58,613 bases of DNA. It comes from Chitinophagaceae bacterium (GTDB lineage: Bacteria > Bacteroidota > Bacteroidia > Chitinophagales > Chitinophagaceae). The stretch is from positions 1-58,613 of the forward strand of contig CANKLV010000001.1 in NCBI GenBank assembly GCA_947483415.1, written 5' to 3'. The notes beneath the pieces are model-generated. The model was not told where the DNA came from, did not search any database, and was given only the letters and a program-made list of their open reading frames with translations. The position numbers were made by a program, and so were the translations under genes. Each line of letters begins with the position of its first letter. Within the stretch, counting starts at the first letter, position 1. Shown here one piece after another: positions 21,474 to 30,979 of the stretch.

Positions 21474-21574
21474 AAAACGAAAAAATACTTTTATTCTAAC
21501 ACAATAATTAATAAATAAGCTCGTTTAAAGAGTTGGATAAGATATTTAATTAACACAAAGTCACAAAATTGCTT

Positions 21575-21814
21575 ATGCATAGTATTACTTCAGAAGATCT
21601 TTTGTTGTATTTATACGGCGAAACGACAAAGCTTCAAACAGAATCCATTGAGTTAGCACTTCAACAAGATTGGAGTTTAATGGAAAAATTAGAGTTATTA
21701 ACCCAATCAAGGAATGAATTGCAAACAATTAGTTTTTCTCCTAGCTCAACCTCAATCAATAATATTTTAAAATACGCTGAGAAATCTGTAGAAGAAATTT
21801 CACCCGCACTATAA
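21575..21814 (+). CDS. Small acidic hypothetical protein (anti-sigma-like N-terminus)
   Basis: 79-81 aa ORF with EDLLLYLYGE and SPSSTSINNILKYA, followed by a terminator. Confidence 0.6.
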   Translation: MHSITSEDLLLYLYGETTKLQTESIELALQQDWSLMEKLELLTQSRNELQTISFSPSSTSINNILKYAEKSVEEISPAL

Positions 21815-21838
21815 ACCATAGTTTAATATTATTTTTAC

Positions 21839-21868
21839 ACCTGCTTTCAAAAAAAGCAGGTTTTTTTT
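21839..21868 (+). terminator. Intrinsic terminator immediately before nth
   Basis: ACCTGCTTT-CAAAA-AAAGCAGG followed by T8. Confidence 0.75.
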
Positions 21869-22516
21869 ATGAAAAAAAATGAAAGGTATCAGTTTGTTTT
21901 AGAATATTTTGAAAAGAAAATGCCTGTTGCTGAAACAGAGTTAAATTTTGAAAATACATATCAATTGTTGGTTGCCGTTATATTGTCTGCTCAATGTACA
22001 GATAAACGGATAAACATGGTTACACCTTCACTATTTAGAAAATTCCCAGATGTAAAAGACTTGAGTCATGCCGATTTTGATACGGTATTTGAACTTATAA
22101 GAAGCATTTCCTATCCCAACAATAAAGCCAAACACTTGATTGGAATGGCGGAAATGGTTATTCAAGACTTTAATGGCGTTATCCCAATGACTGTTGAGGA
22201 ATTAATTAAATTGCCGGGTGTAGGCAGGAAAACGGCCAATGTAATAACCTCTGTTATTGATCATCAACCCAACATGGCTGTTGATACGCATGTGTTTAGG
22301 GTAAGTGCTCGAATTGGATTAACGACAAACGCAAAAACTGTTTTGTCTGCAGAAAAACAGCTTATAAAACATATCCCGAAATCTAAAATTCATATTGCGC
22401 ATCATTGGTTGATTTTGCACGGGCGTTATGTTTGCACTGCTAGAAATCCAAAGTGTAACCTATGTGAAATTTCAAGCGCATGCAATTTTTTTAAGAAACT
22501 TAAAAATGATGATTAA
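21869..22516 (+). CDS. nth: Endonuclease III
   Basis: LSAQCTD, HhH motif LPGVGRKTANV, VDTHVFRV, Fe-S motif C-x6-C-x2-C-x5-C. Confidence 0.96.
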   Translation: MKKNERYQFVLEYFEKKMPVAETELNFENTYQLLVAVILSAQCTDKRINMVTPSLFRKFPDVKDLSHADFDTVFELIRSISYPNNKAKHLIGMAEMVIQDFNGVIPMTVEELIKLPGVGRKTANVITSVIDHQPNMAVDTHVFRVSARIGLTTNAKTVLSAEKQLIKHIPKSKIHIAHHWLILHGRYVCTARNPKCNLCEISSACNFFKKLKNDD

Positions 22517-22586
22517 AATTTGAATAAAATTCGTTTAATTTGTATGCAAATAGAATCAAAAATTCAACCCAAATAAAAGGATCCAA

Positions 22587-23519
22587 ATGAAAAGGTCATT
22601 TTTTCTTATTATAACTATCTTAGCACTTACTTTTTTTAGTAAAAATGCATCTGCACAATACTATTTTTATGATGAAAATTACTACGATCAAGATGTGCTG
22701 GTTGAGGTAGGTGCAAGTATTGGTGCAATGAATTGCTTAACCGATTTAGGGGGGAAGTCGGGTATTGGCAAAGGATTCATAAAAGATTTAAATACTGGTA
22801 AAAGTTATGTTAACGGAGGCATATATGCAAATGTTAAGTATAAAAATGCAATAGGTTTAAGATTGGAGTTCTGTAGTGGTAAGGTTTCTGCTGATGATAA
22901 AGTTTTGTCTACAGTTTCTAGCACAGACATCGCTAGATTTCGTTACAATAGAAATCTAAATTTTCAAAGTAGCATAAAAGAGTATTCTGCAATGTTGGAG
23001 ATACATCCTATGATGCTTTTTATAGATTGGGAAGCACGTGATCAGGAAGCACCAAGATATTCTCCATATTTACTTGGAGGGATTGGTTCTTTTACATTTA
23101 ATCCTCAACTAAAAGAAGGAAATAGATTGATTGATTTACAACCACTTGCTACAGAAGGACAGGGTTTAAAAGAATATCCAGACCGTCCAGTATATAAACT
23201 TACACAAGTTAATTATCCATTTGGAATTGGTATGAAGTATGAATTATCTCCATTGGTAAATTTGCGTGGTGAATTTGTTTACCGTATGCTAACCACAGAT
23301 TACCTTGATGATGTTAGCACAAATTATGTAGATCCAACTTTATATGCGTTGAATGGATTTACGGGCACAAGATTAGAAAACGCGCTATTTCTAAATAATC
23401 GCGAAACGAATGGTCAAAAAACTGCCCCAGGTGGAAAAAGAGGTAGCCCAATAAACAAAGATGCTTATTTTAGTTTTAATCTTAAATTAGGGGTTAATCT
23501 TAGAAAGAGAATCAGATAG
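22587..23519 (+). CDS. Outer-membrane beta-barrel protein (DUF6089-like)
   Basis: Signal peptide ASA-Q. RNLNF, LQPLATEGQG, TDYLDDVS and RG.P..KDAY motifs. Confidence 0.7.
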   Translation: MKRSFFLIITILALTFFSKNASAQYYFYDENYYDQDVLVEVGASIGAMNCLTDLGGKSGIGKGFIKDLNTGKSYVNGGIYANVKYKNAIGLRLEFCSGKVSADDKVLSTVSSTDIARFRYNRNLNFQSSIKEYSAMLEIHPMMLFIDWEARDQEAPRYSPYLLGGIGSFTFNPQLKEGNRLIDLQPLATEGQGLKEYPDRPVYKLTQVNYPFGIGMKYELSPLVNLRGEFVYRMLTTDYLDDVSTNYVDPTLYALNGFTGTRLENALFLNNRETNGQKTAPGGKRGSPINKDAYFSFNLKLGVNLRKRIR

Positions 23520-23556
23520 GATTTTGCGTTGCTTTAAACAAATTATTCCTCAACAT

Positions 23557-23590
23557 AATAAAACAGCATTTTTAAAAATGCTGTTTTATT
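23557..23590. terminator. 34-bp perfect palindrome, bidirectional terminator
   Basis: AATAAAACAGCATTTTT|AAAAATGCTGTTTTATT between convergent genes. Confidence 0.75.
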
Positions 23591-23623
23591 TTATTAAATT
23601 TCATTTGAGATAAAATGAGTTAA

Positions 23624-25474
23624 TTACCCATTAATAATCTGTTCTATTGCTTCGATTAGTTCCGCTTTATAAATTGGTGTTCCCATGATTTTATTAAAGC
23701 CTTTTGCATCTACCAAATACGTGTCTCTAATAATTTTTATCAGTTGTCCATTATTAATTTCAGGAATTAAAATATGGTCAAAGTTTTTTATGATGTCTCC
23801 CAAATTTTTTGGGAACGGACGGATATAACGAAGATGAGCATGAGATACAGAAACGCCTTTTGATTGTAATTCGATACAAGCGCTTTTTATTGCGCCAAAT
23901 GTACTTCCCCAACCAATCACAAGTACTTTACCAGAGCTTGCCCCGCTATCTAATTTTTGTTCAGGAATATATTGAGCAATTAAATCTACTTTTTCTTGTC
24001 TTAGCTTTACCATCAACTGATGATTTTCTGCATCGTAACTGATGTTTCCAGTTATATTTTGTTTTTCCAAACCTCCAATTCGATGTTCTAAGTTGGGTGT
24101 GCCTGGAATTACCCAAGGACGTGCTAGCTTTTCATTTCGTGCATAAGGGGCGAGTTTGGTTTCATCTTCTGCGAGTTGTGTTTTAAAAGCTACTTTAATA
24201 TCTTTTAAATCTGATGATTGAGGATATTTCCAAGGCTCAGCACCATTTGCAATATATCCATCACTTAATAAAATTACCGGTGTCATATGCTCAATAGAAA
24301 TTCGTACCGCTTCAAATGCCGCATCAAAACAATCGCTTGGCGTTGAAGCAGCAATAATAGGCATCGGACATTCGCCATTTCTTCCATAATAGGCCTGCAT
24401 TAAATCACTTTGTTCTGTTTTTGTTGGCAATCCAGTACTCGGTCCACCTCTTTGAATATTACAAATAATCAAAGGAATTTCAAGCATCACTGCAAGCCCC
24501 ATCGCTTCAGCTTTTAAGGCCATACCCGGACCAGATGTAGTTGTCAAGCCAATCCATCCACCATAACTGGCACCAATAGCCGAAGTGATAGCAGCAATTT
24601 CATCTTCCGCTTGAAATGTTTTTATACCAAAATTTTTATGTCTGCTTAATTCATGTAAAATATCTGATGCTGGTGTTATGGGGTAGCTGCCTAAAAATAG
24701 ATTTAAGCCACTTTTTTGAGCTGCTGCTATTAACCCATATGACAATGCTTGATTGCCCATGATAGAACGGTAGTTGCCCGTTTCCATTTTAGCTTTTGCT
24801 ACAGCATATCTTTCGGTAAACGTTTCTGTGGTATCCGCATAATTATAGCCCGCTTGAAGTACTTTAATATTGCTTTCTAGGATATCTGCTTTTTTAGAAA
24901 ATTTTTCTTTTAAAAAACTGATGGTATTGTCCATGCTTCTGTTGTACATCCAATATAAAAAACCGAGCACAAACATATTTTTTGCCCTGTCTTTTTCCTT
25001 GGTGCCCATGGTGAAATCTTTTAAAGCTTCACGGGTTAGCTTGGTTACGTCTATTTTAATTACTTCATAATTTTCCAAGCTGTTGTTTTCGATTGGATTT
25101 TCACCATCAGGGTAATTGGCTAAACGTAAATTCTTTGCATCAAAACCGTCAACATTTACTATAATTTTTCCACCTTTTTTTAAAAAAGTCAAATTTACTT
25201 TTAAAGCCGCAGCATTCATTGCCACCAGCACATCGCAAAAATCACCTGGCGTATAAATTCTATCAGAACTAAATCGAAGTTGGAAGCCACTTACGCCTGG
25301 CAATGTTCCTATTGGTGCGCGAATTTCTGCTGGGAAATCTGGAAAGGTGGCTAGGTCCAAACCCAAAAGGGCACTATTATTTGTGAACTGTGTACCAGTT
25401 AATTGCATTCCATCTCCACTATCACCGGCAAATTTTATAACTACTTCTTGAAGTATTTCTTGATTCTCTATCAT
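23624..25474 (-). CDS. korA: 2-oxoacid:acceptor (ferredoxin) oxidoreductase alpha subunit (gamma-alpha fusion)
   Basis: FAGDSGDGMQ, YPITPAS, QAEDEIAA, QRGGPSTGLPTK motifs. Confidence 0.92.
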   Translation of the reverse strand: MIENQEILQEVVIKFAGDSGDGMQLTGTQFTNNSALLGLDLATFPDFPAEIRAPIGTLPGVSGFQLRFSSDRIYTPGDFCDVLVAMNAAALKVNLTFLKKGGKIIVNVDGFDAKNLRLANYPDGENPIENNSLENYEVIKIDVTKLTREALKDFTMGTKEKDRAKNMFVLGFLYWMYNRSMDNTISFLKEKFSKKADILESNIKVLQAGYNYADTTETFTERYAVAKAKMETGNYRSIMGNQALSYGLIAAAQKSGLNLFLGSYPITPASDILHELSRHKNFGIKTFQAEDEIAAITSAIGASYGGWIGLTTTSGPGMALKAEAMGLAVMLEIPLIICNIQRGGPSTGLPTKTEQSDLMQAYYGRNGECPMPIIAASTPSDCFDAAFEAVRISIEHMTPVILLSDGYIANGAEPWKYPQSSDLKDIKVAFKTQLAEDETKLAPYARNEKLARPWVIPGTPNLEHRIGGLEKQNITGNISYDAENHQLMVKLRQEKVDLIAQYIPEQKLDSGASSGKVLVIGWGSTFGAIKSACIELQSKGVSVSHAHLRYIRPFPKNLGDIIKNFDHILIPEINNGQLIKIIRDTYLVDAKGFNKIMGTPIYKAELIEAIEQIING

Positions 25475-25496
25475 GTAATTTTCATTGAATAATGGT

Positions 25497-25504
25497 CAAA
25501 GTTA
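25497..25504 (-). promoter_or_regulatory. Bacteroidota -7 promoter element for korA
   Basis: TAACTTTG on the minus strand, 22 nt upstream of the ATG. Confidence 0.55.
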
Positions 25505-25681
25505 CAAAATACAAATAAGAGAAAACGTAGAAAAAAAATATTCTATAACGATTACCCTTTCCTTCGAATGAACTAGGTTTGTGAAAATGAAATAGCCATA
25601 TTATAAATTTATTATTATTTAAGATAAATTTCAAGCTATTTAATTGTAAAACTGTAAAAAGTATATCAATAAATAAAAGTT

Positions 25682-26812
25682 ATGGAAGATTTACAAGATT
25701 TTTTATCGCCTATTAGTTTGAAAGCGTTAATGAATGACGAAACATTCACGGACGGACAATTTGCCAAACATATTCTATTTTACGAGACAAACTTCCCTGA
25801 TTTAACAGATATAGACATTGTAATTGTTGGAATTGGAGAAATGAGGGGAACAGATTTAAATGCCTCAGAAAGCAATGCACCAAATCAAATCAGAAAACAA
25901 TTTTATACACTTCATCATTGGCATTCTGAAATTTCAATTGCAGATATTGGAAATGTAAAACAAGGATCTACGATTAATGATAGTTATGCTGCTTTGCAAA
26001 CTGTGATTGCAGAATTATTTAATATTGGGAAGAAAGTAATTATTTTAGGAGGGTCTCATGATATTACATTAGCCCAATATTATGCGTATAAATCAATAAA
26101 AAAAGGGTTAATAGCTACTTGTGTAGATGCTACTATTGATTTAAGAGGCGATAGTTTTTTAAGGCAAGAGAATTTTTTATTGGACATGCTTACCAGCGAA
26201 CCTAATTTTATTTCACATTATAACCACATCGGATTTCAAAGTTATTTTGTGCATCCAAGATTATTGGAAACAATGGACAAACTTAGGTTTGACTGTTTTC
26301 GTGTAGGTGTTGTGAAATCTGACATTGAGCAAATGGAACCTGTAATTCGTCAAACCAATTTATTAAGTTTTGATATAGCGGCTATAAAAAATAGTGCAGC
26401 ACCATCAAATGTTTTAACAACTAATGGTCTTGATGGAGAAGAAGCTTGTGTATTGTCGCAGTACGCTGGAATGAGCAGCCATTTATCAAGCTTTGGTATT
26501 TATGGTTATAATCCCGAAAATGACATACATGATTTAACAGCAAAGCAAATCGCACAGATGATTTGGTATTATTTGGATGGTTTTAATAGCGTTAAATATG
26601 AAGCAGCCTTAAGCGACACTAGTAATTTCAATTTGTATCATACTTACTTTTCGGAATTAGAAACATTATTTATGCAGAGTAAAAAAACAAATCGTTGGTG
26701 GATGCAAATGCCGGATAAGAATTTCCTTGCATGTAGTTATAAAGATTATTTGAGTGCAAGTACAGATGATATTCCAGAACGTTGGTTAAGAGCACAAGAG
26801 CGTACGGTGTAA
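25682..26812 (+). CDS. Arginase/formimidoylglutamase (ureohydrolase) family protein
   Basis: IADIGN, GGSHD, D-A-T-x-D, SFDIAA motifs. C-terminal RWWM..CSY.DY extension. Confidence 0.8.
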   Translation: MEDLQDFLSPISLKALMNDETFTDGQFAKHILFYETNFPDLTDIDIVIVGIGEMRGTDLNASESNAPNQIRKQFYTLHHWHSEISIADIGNVKQGSTINDSYAALQTVIAELFNIGKKVIILGGSHDITLAQYYAYKSIKKGLIATCVDATIDLRGDSFLRQENFLLDMLTSEPNFISHYNHIGFQSYFVHPRLLETMDKLRFDCFRVGVVKSDIEQMEPVIRQTNLLSFDIAAIKNSAAPSNVLTTNGLDGEEACVLSQYAGMSSHLSSFGIYGYNPENDIHDLTAKQIAQMIWYYLDGFNSVKYEAALSDTSNFNLYHTYFSELETLFMQSKKTNRWWMQMPDKNFLACSYKDYLSASTDDIPERWLRAQERTV

Positions 26813-26829
26813 AAATTGAAAAATCAAAA

Positions 26830-28161
26830 ATGAAAAAAAAATATTTTTTAATCGTATTGGTTTTGGTTGGAATGGCACCTTCTGTCATTGCTCAAATTGA
26901 AACAAACACAAATGCGTTGCTTAGTAATCCAATCATTAAAACAGGGCATTTGGGCATAAGTATTTACGAACCTGCGACTGAAAAATACTGGTATAATTAT
27001 AACGCTGAAAAGTTATTTATTCCAGCTAGCAACACAAAGTTGTTCACTTTGTATGTAGGTATGAAATTTCTGGGCAATCAATTAACGGGTATTTCTTACA
27101 ATGATACTCGAGATACTTTTTTTGTTTTGCCTTCAGGGGATCCAACATTTTTGCATGAAGATTTTTTGAATCAACCGGTTTTTGAATTGCTTAAAAAAAC
27201 GCAAAAGCCAATAGTAATCATCAATCAAAACCAACAAATTCAACCCTATGGAAATGGTTGGGTATGGGACGATCAATCTGAAGCATATGCGGCTCAACGT
27301 AATGCTTTTCCGATTTATGGAAATTTACTTCAACTGAAATGGACAAAAAAGAATAATATCCAGAAAGATTCTTTTGCTTATGATTTAAACGTATTGAATG
27401 GAAACATTTCAGATTTTGAATTTTTAAAGAAAACCAATACTGAAAGTATAGATAATTTAATTATTAAAACGCCGGGAAAAAATAAATTTGAAGTGTCCTT
27501 AAATGGAAAGTCAAATCAAATATCACAGGAAGTTCCGTTTGAAACCAACGGTATAGAAACTGGTGTTCATTTTTTACAGCAGAAATTGGGTAAGTTGTTG
27601 ACTTTGAAGTCGAATAAAATAAAAAAAGAAACATTCAAACCGCTTTATTCACAAAAAACAGATACGTTCTTTAAAATCATGATGCATAGAAGTGATAATT
27701 TTTATGCAGAGCAAACACTTTTAATGGCGAGTGAAAAGCATCTTGGTTATTTGTCGGAAATAGACATTATTGATACTTTATTAAAAACAACATTTAAAGA
27801 TATACCTCAACAACCTCGATGGGTTGATGGAAGTGGGTTAAGCAGATATAATTTGTTTTCACCACAAGATTTTATTTACATACTCAATAAACTTCAAACA
27901 GATTATGGGTATGAAAAATTGGAATATATCTTACCAACTGGTGGTAAGGGTACTTTGGCTAATTACTATAAATCAGACAGCGGTTTCATTTTTGCAAAAA
28001 CAGGTTCAATGAGTAATAATATTACATTATCTGGGTTTATAAAAACCCGCAAGCATAAAATATTACTTTTCGCTATAATGTTGAATAATTATGTAGGTTC
28101 GGGCAAATTAGTAAGAAAACAATTTGAAAATTATTTACATGAGCTAATTCTACAGAACTAG
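26830..28161 (+). CDS. dacB: D-alanyl-D-alanine carboxypeptidase/endopeptidase (PBP4, peptidase S13)
   Basis: PASNTK (SxxK), SDN, DGSGLSRYN, AKTG. The signal peptide starts at ATG 26830. Confidence 0.9.
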   Translation: MKKKYFLIVLVLVGMAPSVIAQIETNTNALLSNPIIKTGHLGISIYEPATEKYWYNYNAEKLFIPASNTKLFTLYVGMKFLGNQLTGISYNDTRDTFFVLPSGDPTFLHEDFLNQPVFELLKKTQKPIVIINQNQQIQPYGNGWVWDDQSEAYAAQRNAFPIYGNLLQLKWTKKNNIQKDSFAYDLNVLNGNISDFEFLKKTNTESIDNLIIKTPGKNKFEVSLNGKSNQISQEVPFETNGIETGVHFLQQKLGKLLTLKSNKIKKETFKPLYSQKTDTFFKIMMHRSDNFYAEQTLLMASEKHLGYLSEIDIIDTLLKTTFKDIPQQPRWVDGSGLSRYNLFSPQDFIYILNKLQTDYGYEKLEYILPTGGKGTLANYYKSDSGFIFAKTGSMSNNITLSGFIKTRKHKILLFAIMLNNYVGSGKLVRKQFENYLHELILQN

Positions 28162-28262
28162 TGTTTAATTAGTTTTTTAGAATCAAAACTTTATGATGTT
28201 TTTTTTGTTTTAAAAATCAGTGTTTAATTGATTATTTTTGTGTTTTAAGTAAATTAAATAAG

Positions 28263-30191
28263 ATGGAAATATTGCCTGGAAACTTATTGAAAATGATTGA
28301 CAATCCTGCTGACCTTAAAAAATTAAGCAAGGATCAAATGCAAACGGTTGCCAATGAATTAAGGCAATACATTGTAGATGTGGTGAGTGTATATGGGGGA
28401 CATTTTGGAGCGAGCTTAGGTGTTGTTGAATTGTCTGTTGCTTTACATTATGTGTTTAATACGCCTTATGATCAATTGGTTTGGGATGTTGGGCATCAAG
28501 CGTACGGGCATAAAATACTCACAGGACGAAGAGATAATTTTCCTAGTAATAGAAAATATGACGGGTTGAGTGGTTTTCCAAAAAGGAGTGAGAGTGAATA
28601 TGATACTTTCGGGGTTGGACATTCTTCTACATCGATTTCTGCAGCTTTGGGAATGGCTATGGCTTCTCATTATAAAGGGGAAAAAGATAGGCAACATATT
28701 GCTGTAATTGGCGATGGCGCTTTAACTGCAGGACTCGCTTTTGAAGCAATGAATCATGCTGGTATTGAAAAAAGCAACGTGTTAATTATCTTAAACGACA
28801 ATAACATGAGTATCGACCCCAATGTGGGCGCTTTAAAAGAATATCTAACCGATATCACTACATCACATACTTACAATGAACTTCGCGATAATGTTTGGAA
28901 GGCTTTGGGAAAGTTGCCCATCGGAAAAAATTATAGTAGAGAAATGGCCAGCAAAGTGGAAGCCAGTTTGAAAGGGTTGGTTAGCAAAAGCAGTAATTTA
29001 TTTGAAGCTTTGCAACTTAGGTATTTTGGTCCTATTGATGGACATAATGTAACTAAGTTAATTGATACATTAAACGATTTAAAAGACATCCCTGGTCCTA
29101 AGATCTTACACATAAAAACGGTTAAAGGAAAAGGATATGCTTTAGCGGAGATTGATCAAACCAAATGGCATGCACCAGGATTATTTGATAAAGTAACTGG
29201 TGAAATTTTAAAGAAAACATTTGATGCTCCTCAACCGCCAAAATATCAGGATGTGTTTGGACATACGATTATAGAATTGGCAGAAAAGAACCCTAAAATA
29301 ATGGGTGTTACTCCAGCTATGCCTAGTGGTTCTTCGTTAAAATTCATGATGGATAAAATGCCTGATCGTGCATTTGATGTAGGTATTTGCGAACAACATG
29401 CCGTAACATTAAGTGCGGGCATGGCTACTCAGGGTTTGAAGGTGTTTTGTAATATTTATTCTTCATTTATGCAACGTGCGTATGATATGGTGATACATGA
29501 TGTTGCGATTCAAAAATTACCTGTAATATTTTGTTTGGATAGGGCGGGCTTGGTTGGTGAAGATGGACCTACACACCATGGTTGTTATGACATTGCTTTC
29601 ATGCGTTGTATTCCAAATATTGTTGTGAGTGCGCCAATGAATGAATCTGAACTCAGGGATTTAATGTACACTGCTCAATTGGAAACCAACCAACTTCCAA
29701 TTGTAATACGTTATCCAAGAGGAGAGGGTGTTTTAGTGGATTGGAAAACACCAATGAAAGAAATTCCAATAGGAAAAGGTAGAAAATTAAAAGATGGGGA
29801 TGATATTGCAATTCTAACTTTTGGTCACCCAGGAAATTTCGCTGCATCTGCTATCCGTGACGTAAAATCTGAAGGTTTAAATCCGGCACATTATGATATG
29901 CGTTTTGCAAAGCCAATTGATGAGGAAATGCTTCATGAAGTTTTTAGCAAATTCAAAAAAATAATTACGGTTGAAGATGGAACTGTAGTAGGAGGCTTTG
30001 GGTCTGCGATTTTGGAGTTTATGAATTCGTTTGGTTATAATGCAGATGTAAAAATCATGGGCATTCCCGATCGTTTGGTAGAGCATGGAACGCCTAAACA
30101 ATTGTATGATGAAATTGGATTAGATGCAAATGGAATTGCAACAGAAATAAGGAAAATGGCATTTATAGAAAAACATGTTTCTACAATATAG
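28263..30191 (+). CDS. dxs: 1-deoxy-D-xylulose-5-phosphate synthase
   Basis: GGHFGASLG, WDVGHQAY, GDGALT..LNDN, DRAGLVGEDGPTHHG, IRYPRG. Confidence 0.97.
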   Translation: MEILPGNLLKMIDNPADLKKLSKDQMQTVANELRQYIVDVVSVYGGHFGASLGVVELSVALHYVFNTPYDQLVWDVGHQAYGHKILTGRRDNFPSNRKYDGLSGFPKRSESEYDTFGVGHSSTSISAALGMAMASHYKGEKDRQHIAVIGDGALTAGLAFEAMNHAGIEKSNVLIILNDNNMSIDPNVGALKEYLTDITTSHTYNELRDNVWKALGKLPIGKNYSREMASKVEASLKGLVSKSSNLFEALQLRYFGPIDGHNVTKLIDTLNDLKDIPGPKILHIKTVKGKGYALAEIDQTKWHAPGLFDKVTGEILKKTFDAPQPPKYQDVFGHTIIELAEKNPKIMGVTPAMPSGSSLKFMMDKMPDRAFDVGICEQHAVTLSAGMATQGLKVFCNIYSSFMQRAYDMVIHDVAIQKLPVIFCLDRAGLVGEDGPTHHGCYDIAFMRCIPNIVVSAPMNESELRDLMYTAQLETNQLPIVIRYPRGEGVLVDWKTPMKEIPIGKGRKLKDGDDIAILTFGHPGNFAASAIRDVKSEGLNPAHYDMRFAKPIDEEMLHEVFSKFKKIITVEDGTVVGGFGSAILEFMNSFGYNADVKIMGIPDRLVEHGTPKQLYDEIGLDANGIATEIRKMAFIEKHVSTI

Positions 30192-30199
30192 TTGGAATG

Positions 30200-30367
30200 C
30201 TAGTTTTGGTTTTTTAGATGTTTCACATAATTAAAAACACTGTCTTTTGGACACTGAATTACGATTGATCTTTCAAGTTTGTAATTTTTGGAAATAAACA
30301 ATGCAACAACAAAAACGGTTGCAATAAGAATAATAAAAGAAATCAAAATGATTTTAATGATTATCAT
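30200..30367 (-). pseudogene. Truncated SRPBCC/polyketide-cyclase family gene (N-terminal 55 aa only)
   Basis: Manual translation MIIIKIILISFIILIATVFVVALFISKNYKLERSIVIQCPKDSVFNYVKHLKNQN*. The TM anchor plus Y.LERSI.I..P...VF.Y...LKN pattern matches the start of SRPBCC proteins. It stops 8 nt from the convergent dxs end. Confidence 0.65.
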
Positions 30368-30380
30368 GAATTAATGGTTG

Positions 30381-30422
30381 AGTAAAAAGTAAAAAAGTAA
30401 AAAGTGAAAATTGAAAAGTGAA
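30381..30422. repeat. Degenerate heptamer tandem repeat (TAAAAAG/TGAAAAG-like)
   Basis: AGTAAAAAGTAAAAAAGTAAAAAGTGAAAATTGAAAAGTGAA. Confidence 0.6.
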
Positions 30423-30486
30423 TGAGCAAGCCCGCGGCTGCATATAATAATGGCTTATCCTCGTATTTAAAATTTTTATTTTTGAC

Positions 30487-30822
30487 TTAGTATAACAAAT
30501 GTTTTTTAGCTTTCGTTTTCCAACCCGCTTGGCTTTCATAATCTACAAAGTATATTTTTAAATCTGCTTGACTTTGGTATTTTACGAAATATATTTTTTT
30601 ATCGGCTTGGCTTTCATAATCTACAAAAAACCATTTGCCTTCGTTTTTATCTGCTTGGCTTGAGTATTTAACTTTATAAACGAGCAAGTCGGCTTGGCTT
30701 TCATAGTCCACTACAAAAACTTTTACGTTTGCCTGGCTTTCGTAATCAACGGAATATAATTTTTGCGTTTTACCAAAAGAAAAAATCAATAAAGCGATGC
30801 ATGTAAATATGATTTGTTTCAT
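30487..30822 (-). CDS. Small secreted repeat protein (DUF6150-like)
   Basis: Signal peptide followed by six V(D/K)Y(E/S/Q)SQA repeats. Confidence 0.75.
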   Translation of the reverse strand: MKQIIFTCIALLIFSFGKTQKLYSVDYESQANVKVFVVDYESQADLLVYKVKYSSQADKNEGKWFFVDYESQADKKIYFVKYQSQADLKIYFVDYESQAGWKTKAKKHLLY

Positions 30823-30918
30823 GTGTTAATTCTATGTTTTTATTATTGATTAGTTGTTTTAATTTAAAGACGAATCATAAAGATTTTTGTAAATATAGTA
30901 ATCTAATTGTGTTTGTAT

Positions 30919-30954
30919 AAAAAAAGCCACCGGATTTTATTCCGATGGCTCTTT
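30919..30954 (-). terminator. Intrinsic terminator of nrdJ
   Basis: Minus strand AGCCATCGGA-ATAAAA-TCCGGTGGCT followed by a T-run. Confidence 0.75.
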
Positions 30955-30979
30955 AATTGCAATTATTCTATTCTTTGCC

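Noticed and set aside
30354-30539. 61-aa minus-strand ORF overlapping the repeat-protein gene
   Set aside because: It runs through the heptamer array (FTFQFSLFTF is translated repeat) and overlaps two better-supported frames.
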